In this document: piece after piece, positions 28,101 to 35,600 of the stretch
Layout: the number at the start of each line of letters is the position of its first letter
How positions within the stretch are numbered: position 1 is the first letter of the stretch
DNA from: Limisphaerales bacterium
Lineage (GTDB): Bacteria > Verrucomicrobiota > Verrucomicrobiia > Limisphaerales > Palsa-1400
Assembly (NCBI GenBank): GCA_052325505.1
Contig: JBKQUS010000141.1
Location: 6,509 to 70,508, forward strand
Direction of reading: 5' to 3'
DNA: 64,000 nt
Program-made: the position numbers and the translations under genes
Notes under the pieces: generated by a model
The model's database searches: none
What the model was told of the DNA's origin: nothing
What the model saw: the letters and a program-made list of their open reading frames with translations, nothing else

Positions 28101-28703
28101 GGCGCGGCGCTCGATCTCAAATTCAGGTCCCGCACTTACGCCGAATTCCAGTTTGAGCATTTGGGGTCCGATGTCAACCAGGGCATCGGCGATTTCGTGC
28201 TGGCGAACGGCGTGACCCCGGCCATTGTTTCCGCCACTGACGAACGGTTGGATTACAACGAGAACGCCTTCGCCGTGAGCCTCAACCAGCTTGTGGGTGA
28301 TGATTTTGTTTTTGGAGCCGGCTATAAGGTCACGCAATCCGACCTGCAAGATGACCTGCCTGATATTCCAGTCTCAGCCCTGGCGACGGCCAATCAGACG
28401 CTCAAAGCCAACCTTCAGGAGGTTGACGGCTACGCCCTGTTCAACCATCGCTCCGGCTTTTATGCCAAGTTCGAGACGCACTGGTATGGCCAAAGGAATG
28501 AAGGGTGGACGCCGGCCGAACCTTACTCCAGTTTTTTCCAGGAAAATATTTTCGCCGGTTATCGTTTCGCGCACCGGCGCGCGGAACTGCAACTCGGCAT
28601 TCTCAATCTTTCCGGCGGAGGCTACGAATTGAACCCGCTCACTGTCTATCAGGAATTACCTATGAAGCGCGTGTTTGAAGCGAGCTTCAACTTCATTTTC
28701 TGA
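25188..28703 (+). CDS. FecR-domain + TPR + C-terminal beta-barrel outer-membrane protein
   Basis: The ATG at 25188 gives MNFRGNAVRLVLRAAIVGWFAISAARLATPLRA, a signal peptide. The FecR-like segment is LYAGDRLCTGKGSRATLRLSNLSVLRVYELTTL...FRTPSASGAIRGTEFNIVV...LLDGQIDL. TPR-like helices span roughly aa 230-560. The last ~600 aa alternate in a beta-strand pattern rich in Y/G/N/D and end in ...FEASFNFIF, a terminal aromatic typical of OMP barrels. Confidence 0.7.
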   Translation: MNFRGNAVRLVLRAAIVGWFAISAARLATPLRASDQVTNEARVIATQGVVEVSPAGARTWVMTQTNQVLYAGDRLCTGKGSRATLRLSNLSVLRVYELTTLQIQPPEEPKSRGILDLISGAAYFFNRDKPTETQFRTPSASGAIRGTEFNIVVAGNGRMELALLDGQIDLTNNQGTLRLQTGEKAVVEPGQAPKKSPLIDAVNVIQWTLYYPAILDADELDLSAEIKEALGPSLEAYGSGDLLKALAKYPEGRAAASESERVYHAALLLAAGQVEGAQQMLQEANREPRAAALAGALQEMIASVKGQPWTRSGPRTLATEWMAGSYQAQAHHDLGVALNMAKSAAATSPGFGFAQERLAEMEFSFVQTEAALAALNKSLALSPRNAQAVALDGFLLSAQNRIRDALAAFDRAIIVDGALGNAWLGRGLCRIKLGQDRLGREDLLIAAALEPQRALLRSYLGKAFADSGDDVRADKELMLARKLDANDPTAWLYLALLEQEQNQINPAISDLQNAQTNNDNRSVFRSRLLLDQDRAVASANLASVYRDAGMTDVSVREAARAVTDDYANDSAHLFLADSYYDLLDPTQFNLRYDTAWFNELLLANILAPVGAGRLSQQVSQQDYSKLFEADGLGLAASSDARTDGMYHETASQFGTFGNTSYGLDLNDYHNTGFRINNGLDNLNLDATIKQQITPQDTAIVLVQYENYHSGDNFQYYYQTNARPDYKFNEEQQPELVGTWHHEWGPGMHTLLLVGRLMDNQSFNDQASPQLLFAESPSGAIYGESAVPFNVGYQEEFKIYSAELEQICQWERVTLLAGGRYQSGEFHTQDQFSNPSAPPVLFTPSGAYSANTTGLFQRETAYTYLTVEPLDHLWLTGGVAADDETFPYYFRNPPVTSGEDTRTQVGPKAALVWSPIPEATLRGIYTRSLGGVSLDESYRLEPTELAGFPQAFRSLISESIVGSQSAPTFETLGAALDLKFRSRTYAEFQFEHLGSDVNQGIGDFVLANGVTPAIVSATDERLDYNENAFAVSLNQLVGDDFVFGAGYKVTQSDLQDDLPDIPVSALATANQTLKANLQEVDGYALFNHRSGFYAKFETHWYGQRNEGWTPAEPYSSFFQENIFAGYRFAHRRAELQLGILNLSGGGYELNPLTVYQELPMKRVFEASFNFIF

Positions 28704-28709
28704 GCGCGC

Positions 28710-29876
28710 TCAATGCCCCTGCCTGACCTGCGCCGCGAATCCCTCCAGGCGTTGTGTAATAGTCTGCAACTCTGGAACTACCTCGGCAAAGCGCGGGTCG
28801 GCCAGCCACTCCTGCGCCACGGCCAGGGCCTGCGCGTCGAGACTCATCAATGCGTCGTGGTTGGGCGTGTTGGCTTGGGTGAGAAGGTTGGGCGAGATCA
28901 TGAAGTTGGCGTTCGGATAAATGGCGGCGAACGTTTGCAGTTCAGCCGTGCTAATGGCAGGGTCGAGCAGGTAACTTTCCAGGATTTGCCGCTGCTGCGG
29001 ATCGCCCACGTTGGCGCGGGCAAAGTAATCCGCTCGAGTCGATTCCCGTCCCTCCATCATATCGGGATCATCCTCCAGCAACCCCAGCACGGTGGCGGGG
29101 TTGCTGATGACCAACCGATCCAAGGCCAGATAAGCGGCGTGAGCCACGGCGGGATTGTCCTGACTGCAAACCAATTGCGACAACGTCGGCACGAAATCCG
29201 CGCCACCCAGATACACCGGCACGTCGAACGCCTCCAGAAAGCCGGTGGATGGATTTTGCTGCCAGGGCGTGTATTGCATCATCTGGGCTGTCTTTTGCTC
29301 CAACAGCGCGCGGCTATCGGCGCTGGCATCGCCCGAGGCCAGGTTACGCAAAGCCACCGCCCATTCATCCGCTGAATCCATGCTGGCCAGCACCGCCTTG
29401 GAATAATCAGCCGCCGCGGCTGGATCGAGGCGGCCCAGTTCATCCAGCAGAAACGTTCGCAGAGTGGGAGCCTCGTCCAACATGCCGTCGGAAGCCAGCT
29501 TGAATCCCAGGTGGGTGGAGGCATCCGCCTTTGAATCAAGAAACTGGCGAATGGCCGCGATGGCCGCGCTCTTCGGCATGGCCGCAAGGTTCTGTCGCAA
29601 CTCCGCCAGTTCTTGCCGAGTGATCCGCGCGTCGAACTCCTTGCGCAAGGCTTCGCACGTTTGTTGCAATCTGCGGTCGCCCTCAGCCGCAGGACGGGCG
29701 ATCGTGTTGGCCGCACTTGGAGTGGTAGTTGCTTCGGGCGAAGAGGTTGCGACTGTGGCGTGAACCTGGACGGCGGGTTCAGACTGGCGGTGCGCAACCC
29801 ACAGAGCAAGCGCCAACAGCACACCTCCGGCAAGAATCAACAGCAGCCAGCTTCGGTTGGTGGTGGGCGATGACAT
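28710..29876 (-). CDS. Hypothetical membrane-anchored, predominantly alpha-helical protein
   Basis: I prefer the ATG at 29874-29876 (MSSPTTNRSWLLLILAGGVLLALALWVAHRQ, an N-terminal TM anchor). The rest is Ala/Leu-rich and helical-looking, with no family that I recognise. It is convergent with the OMP gene, with 6 nt between the stops. Confidence 0.55.
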   Translation of the reverse strand: MSSPTTNRSWLLLILAGGVLLALALWVAHRQSEPAVQVHATVATSSPEATTTPSAANTIARPAAEGDRRLQQTCEALRKEFDARITRQELAELRQNLAAMPKSAAIAAIRQFLDSKADASTHLGFKLASDGMLDEAPTLRTFLLDELGRLDPAAAADYSKAVLASMDSADEWAVALRNLASGDASADSRALLEQKTAQMMQYTPWQQNPSTGFLEAFDVPVYLGGADFVPTLSQLVCSQDNPAVAHAAYLALDRLVISNPATVLGLLEDDPDMMEGRESTRADYFARANVGDPQQRQILESYLLDPAISTAELQTFAAIYPNANFMISPNLLTQANTPNHDALMSLDAQALAVAQEWLADPRFAEVVPELQTITQRLEGFAAQVRQGH

Positions 29877-29975
29877 GGCGCGAATAGTATGTGCCTTGAC
29901 TACAACAGAAAGCGCAAATCTTTGCAAGCTTTTGCCCGAATCCACAATGAGGTAAATTTATCATATCTTATTAGT
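29750..29975. repeat. Direct-repeat copy 2 (partner at 17354-17578); covers the promoter, 5' UTR and first ~40 codons of 28710..29876
   Basis: See copy 1. Both copies have the same orientation on the plus strand. Confidence 0.8.
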
Positions 29976-30053
29976 GGTTGGAAACGACATGGTTGGAAAC
30001 GAGCTTGCCAGTTGGGGCTGGGTGGGGCTTACTGCGTCGAGTTTTTTTGAAAA

Positions 30054-31844
30054 ATGAATCGTGACCTGCTGGCCAGAGCCAAATCGCTGGGGTTCTCCGA
30101 CCGCCAAATTGCCAATTTAACTGGCCAATCCGAGGATGATGTCCGCGCCTTGCGCAAGACGCTCGGGCTGAAGCCGAGTTATCGCCTGGTGGATACGTGC
30201 GCGGCGGAGTTCGAGGCTTACACGCCTTATTATTATTCCACCTATGATTGCGGGGATGACGAAAGCAAATTGGGCGAGAAACGCAAGGTGATGATCCTCG
30301 GCGGCGGTCCGAACCGGATCGGGCAGGGGATCGAATTTGACTATTGCTGCGTCCATGCCGCCTTTGCCTTGAAGGAGGACGGGTTCGAAACGCTCATGGT
30401 CAACTCGAATCCGGAAACGGTTTCGACCGATTACGATACAAGCGACAAGCTGTTTTTCGAACCTTTGACGCTGGAGGACGTGCTGCATGTCTATGAGCGG
30501 GAGAAGTGCTGGGGCGCCATCGCGCAATTCGGCGGGCAGACGCCGTTGAACCTGGCGCTGGCCCTGCAAAAGAACGGTGTCAACATCATCGGCACCTCGC
30601 CGCAGAGCATCGAGATCGCTGAGGACCGCAAACTTTTTTCGGCCATGCTGACCCGGCTGAAAATTCCGCAGCCGCCCAACGGCCTCGCCACCAACGAGGC
30701 GGAAGCGATCCAGGCTGCGCACGGCTTGGGCTACCCGGTGTTGGTGCGGCCATCTTTCGTGCTTGGTGGGCGCGCCATGCAGATTGTTTATTCGGATGCG
30801 GAATTGAACCATTATATGCGGTTCGCCGTCGAAGCATCCCCGGAACGGCCCGTCCTGGTGGACAAATTCCTGGAGGATGCCACCGAGGTGGACGTGGATT
30901 GCATCGCGGACACGGGGCATTTTGACGATGCGGCGCAGGGGACGATTGTGATAGGCGGTTTTCTGGAGCACATTGAATATGCCGGGGTGCATTCGGGCGA
31001 TGCGGCCATGGTATTGCCTGCGCACACGCTTTCCAAAGACGTCATCGAGACCATGCGCCAATATACACACGCCATGGCGCGGGAATTGCGCGTCGTCGGC
31101 TTGATGAACGTGCAATACGCGGTCAAGGGCCGGACGGTCTATGTGTTGGAAGTCAATCCGCGCGCCTCGCGCACCGTCCCTTTTGTCAGCAAAGCCATTG
31201 GCGTGCCGCTGGCCAAGCTTGCGGCCCGCGTCATGGCGGGCAAGAAACTGGCTGACCTCGGTTTTACAAAAGAGATTTGGACCCGTCACTGGGCGGTCAA
31301 GGAATCGGTCTTTCCCTTCAATCGGTTTCACGGCCAGGACATTCTGCTCTCGCCGGAAATGCGATCCACCGGTGAGGTGATGGGTTTGGACGCGGACCTC
31401 GGGATCGCCTACGCCAAATCGCAAATGGCGGCCAACGCGCCTTTGCCGCTGGGCGGGCGTGTGTTTATCAGCGTAAGCGACGCGGACAAGAAAAAAGTGG
31501 CCGCTGTGGCGCGAAAATTTGCCGATCTGGCCTTTGAAATCGTCTGCACCGCCGGCACGGCGAAGGTCCTGGAGGAAGCGGGCTTGAAAGTGTCGCGCGT
31601 TCCCAAACTGGCCGAAGGCCGGCCCAACACGCTGGATTTGCTCAAGAACCGGGAGATTCAACTGGTCATCAACACCCCGGCGGGCCAGACGCCGCGCGCC
31701 GACGAAATCAAGATTCGCACCACCGCCGTTTATACCGGAACGCCCATCATGACCACTCTGAGCGGGGCACGGGCCGCTGCGCGGGGCATTGCCGCCTTGA
31801 AGAAGAACGGCTACGGTGTCAAGACGATTCAAGAATATCATTGA
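30054..31844 (+). CDS. carB: Carbamoyl-phosphate synthase large subunit, C-terminal half only (second ATP-grasp + MGS-like allosteric domain)
   Basis: 596 aa. The N-terminus MNRDLLARAKSLGFSDRQIANLTGQSEDDVRALRKTLGLKPSYRLVDTCAAEFEAYTPYYYSTYD corresponds to the middle of the CarB oligomerisation domain. It is followed by VMILGGGPNRIGQGIEFDYCCVHA, a second ATP-grasp domain and a C-terminal MGS-like domain. An in-frame TGA lies two codons upstream of the ATG. Confidence 0.88.
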   Translation: MNRDLLARAKSLGFSDRQIANLTGQSEDDVRALRKTLGLKPSYRLVDTCAAEFEAYTPYYYSTYDCGDDESKLGEKRKVMILGGGPNRIGQGIEFDYCCVHAAFALKEDGFETLMVNSNPETVSTDYDTSDKLFFEPLTLEDVLHVYEREKCWGAIAQFGGQTPLNLALALQKNGVNIIGTSPQSIEIAEDRKLFSAMLTRLKIPQPPNGLATNEAEAIQAAHGLGYPVLVRPSFVLGGRAMQIVYSDAELNHYMRFAVEASPERPVLVDKFLEDATEVDVDCIADTGHFDDAAQGTIVIGGFLEHIEYAGVHSGDAAMVLPAHTLSKDVIETMRQYTHAMARELRVVGLMNVQYAVKGRTVYVLEVNPRASRTVPFVSKAIGVPLAKLAARVMAGKKLADLGFTKEIWTRHWAVKESVFPFNRFHGQDILLSPEMRSTGEVMGLDADLGIAYAKSQMAANAPLPLGGRVFISVSDADKKKVAAVARKFADLAFEIVCTAGTAKVLEEAGLKVSRVPKLAEGRPNTLDLLKNREIQLVINTPAGQTPRADEIKIRTTAVYTGTPIMTTLSGARAAARGIAALKKNGYGVKTIQEYH

Positions 31845-32205
31845 TGGCCCGGCGCTCCTTTTTGGTGGGGCGACCCATGCCCTTTGGCCGAAAAAACAAC
31901 GGCTTGAGACGCGGTTCGCGCGCCTTTTGCAATTCGGACTCGGGCGTCTGGTCCTCGAAATATTCCCTGGCGGCGGGCGCGCCGACGCGCTGCTGCAAGA
32001 GTTGCAGCACTTTATAGGTGCGCGTCAGATCGTCCTTCTTCACCACAACGACTTCGTTGACTTTGACATCGCGCGCCGGTTTGACCGGCTGGCCGGCGAC
32101 GGTGACATGGCCCTGGCGGCAGGCGTCGGAGGCGAGGCTGCGCGTTTTGAAAATCCGCACCGCCCAGAGCCATTTATCCATTCGCACCGAATCTGTCGCC
32201 GACAT
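31819..32205 (-). CDS. hslR: S4-domain RNA-binding protein, Hsp15 (HslR)-like
   Basis: I prefer the ATG at 32203-32205 (MSATDSVRMDKWLWAVRIFKTRSLASDACRQGHVTVAGQPVKP...), which parallels E. coli Hsp15 (..RLDKWLWAARFYKTRALA..). A basic C-terminal tail ends in KKERRAINDI. The 3' end overlaps the carB 3' end by 26 nt. Confidence 0.7.
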   Translation of the reverse strand: MSATDSVRMDKWLWAVRIFKTRSLASDACRQGHVTVAGQPVKPARDVKVNEVVVVKKDDLTRTYKVLQLLQQRVGAPAAREYFEDQTPESELQKAREPRLKPLFFRPKGMGRPTKKERRAINDILESS

Positions 32206-32653
32206 TTGACTGCAATCTGCCTGACGCAAGCGCGCGGCGCAACCCATGGAATCATTCAAGGACGGATGCATTGGTTTGAGTTGACAGTTGGGGCAGGCTT
32301 GGGGAAACAAAGATTCACGCAGATTCGGGGAAATTTTAACGCGTTCAGCCCAAAATCAGCCCTTGCGTGGCCGTTCCTTTCTGCTCCTCGATTTATTTTA
32401 AATGATATAGAGCATTGACTCACAAAGTATTATAAGATAGCTCTACCTGGTCCATCAACCCATCGGCATTGATAATGCTGCAATTGGACCCGCATAGCCA
32501 AAACATGAAGTAGTTTGTCGTAATCTGCTTATAGACACGCAAGCTTGGTACATGCCATGATTCTGCGCTGTGCTCCTTCTCTCGCGTAAAATTTTGAGAA
32601 TAATATGTTCCAATTCTGTATTGGGAGGACAACAATACTGTAGAAAGGAATCA

Positions 32654-35600
32654 ATGAAAACCAGCCTATCCGGACCACATGAAATCAAACTTGCCACTCT
32701 CCCCGCCGCTGCCGTCCGAGTCTGGCTATTGTGGGCATTATTGCCCGGCCTGTGCGCTATTTCCGCCCCAGCGGGCGAGCGGCAGTTCCTGCACAACCAT
32801 GTGCCCGCTGCGGTGACAAACGCGGCGCCAGTGCGTCACTGTTCGCGGTGGGACAGGCTGAACCTGACGATCGGCCTGCCTTTGCGAGACCGGGAGGGAC
32901 TCACCAATCTGCTCCAGCAACTGTATGACCCGGCCAGCCCCGATTTTCACCGCTACCTGACAGCGGATGAGTTCGCCCGGAGGTTCGGCCCGACGGAAGA
33001 GGATTATGAGGCGGTTGTCGGCTTTGCGCAGTCACATGGTCTTCGCGTGACGGCCAGGCATCCCAACCGGACGCTGGTGAGCGTGAAGGGGACGGTGGCG
33101 GACATCGAGCGGGCGTTCCATGTCACCTTGAACGAGTACCAGCATCCCACGGAATCGCGGACGTTTTATGCGCCGGACGTCGAGCCGTCACTCGACTTGG
33201 CGACTCCGATATTGGGCATCAGCGGCCTTGACAATTTTGTCGTTCCGCATCCTTGTTTCAGGCCGATTGCCCCCGAAGAGGCGAAGCCTGATCTGACCGG
33301 CTCGGGGCCGGGCGGCACCTACATGGGGTACGATTTTCGGGCGGCCTACGTTCCAGGTGAGACGCTGACTGGAACCGGCCAAACCGTCGGGCTTTTGGAA
33401 TTTGACGCCGGCTACCTGCAAAGTGACATCACGGCTTACGAAACCCAGGCCGGATTGCCCAACGTGCCTGTAAGCGCGGTGTTGCTGGACGGGTACAACG
33501 GCACGCCCGGCGGTGAGGACAACATCGAAGTGTCTCTGGACATTGAAATGGCGATTTCAATGGCACCCGGATTGGCAGGGGTGATTGTTTATGAAGGCTC
33601 CACCACTGATGACATATTGAACCGGATGGCGACCGACAATCTGGCCAAGCAGACGAGCGCTTCATGGACTTATCCCACGGACGCAAACAGCGATCAGATA
33701 TTCCTGGAGTATGCCGCCCAGGGGCAGTCGTTCTTCAACGCTTCTGGCGACGGCGGCGCTTATTCCGGAACCGTCGCCACGCCCGCGGATGATCCGAATA
33801 TCATGGTTGTGGGCGGGACGACCTTGACCACCAGCGGTCCCGGAGGCGCGTGGGGGTCTGAAACGACCTGGACTCCTTACAGCGGCGGCGGAATCAGCAC
33901 CGTCCGCACGATTCCGATATGGCAGGAGGGGATCAGTATGACGGCCAACCAGGGATCCACCACCATGCGGAACCTTCCGGACGTCGCGCTGACGGCTGAT
34001 GACGTGTACGTCATCTACGATGGAGGCGCAGGTGCGGTGGGCGGCACCAGTTGTGCGACGCCGTTGTGGGCGGGCTTCACCGCGCTGATGAACCAACTGG
34101 CGCTGACGAATGGCGAGCCAACAGTCGGGTTTATCAACCCGGCGATCTATGCCATAGGCAAGGGGTCGAATTCCATGGGCTATACCAGCCTGTTCCACGA
34201 CATCACCACCGGAGACAATGAAAATTCCGGCAGCCCCAGCCGGTTCCTGGCCGTGCCCGGCTACGATCTCTGCACAGGGTGGGGAACGCCCACCGGCAGC
34301 AATCTCATCATGGCCATTGGCATGCCTGAGCCGTTGCGAATTACGCCGGCAAGCGGCGCACTATTCACCGGACCGGCGGGTGGTCCTTTTGCCCCGGCGA
34401 CGCAGACGTATTCCCTCACCAATACTGCGGCGAGTCCGTTGACCTGGAGTCTTGCCAATACGTCCTCGTGGTTCAATATTTCTCCAAGCAGCGGCACACT
34501 GCTTCGAGGTGGTCTGGCGGCCACCGTTACGGCGAGTGTGGCGTTGGCAGCCACGAATCTGCCGGCAGGCAGTTATTCCGCCGCCCTGCGGTTCACCAAT
34601 TTGGGGGATAACTTCGGCCAAACCCGCCAGCTTACTTTGGCTGTGGTCACTCCGCCAGTGATCACCGCCCAACCCACCAATCAGGCGTTGCTGGATGGAA
34701 TGACGGCGAATTTCAGCGTTGTGACGGGGCCAAACGCCCTGATGTTTTACCAATGGCAGGAGAATGGGACAAATTTGAGCGACAGCAGCCACATTTCCGG
34801 CTCCTTAACCAGCAGCTTGACGATTAGCAACGTGTCTGCGACATATGCCGGAAGCTACACCGTGGTTCTGAGCAATGCGGCCGGCGTGCTGGCCAGCTCG
34901 AATGCGCTGCTCACGATTGTGCCGTCGGAGCCGGTCATTGTCCGGCCACCGACCAACCAGACCGTGTTGCCGGGAGCGACGGTCAGTTTTAGTGTCGCGG
35001 CGGTCGGGAACACGCCGTATTTCTACCAGTGGCAGTTCAATGGAACCAATTTGGCCAACAACGCTACTTTCTCGGGCGTGACCAGTAACATCTTGACGAT
35101 TAGCAATGTCGCACCCACCAATGCGGGCACTTATTCCGTGATTGTTAGCAATACCTACGGTTCGGCGACCAGCGCCGGCGCGGTGCTCTCCATTATTTCA
35201 GTCGCAGCGCCAGGGATTGACATATCAACCTTGTGGTCGTTTGCCAGCGGCAACTCCGGCGAGTTTCCTTACAGTCCTCTGGTGCAAAGCGCGAACGGCA
35301 CTTTTTATGGCACAACCCTGGACGGGGGAACGGACGGCGATGGGACGCTTTTCAAAATCACCCCCGGTGGGGTGCTGAGCACCTTGGTGTCATTGGATTA
35401 CACCGATGGCGCGGGCGCCTATGCAGGGTTGGCCTTGAGCAGCACTGGCCTGTTGTACGGCGCTGCCATTGAAGGAGGCGCTTACGGCGATGGGACACTG
35501 ATGTGGACCACTACCAACGGTGGCGGACCGCACGATGTATCGTTTAATGGGAATAACGGCATGTATCCTGTAGCCGGGGTGGTGCTGGGCAGTGATAACA

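Noticed and set aside
30117-31841. 574-aa minus-strand ORF
   Set aside because: It is entirely antisense to the carB half-gene, whose identity is unambiguous. Its composition is R/G/A-rich shadow sequence.
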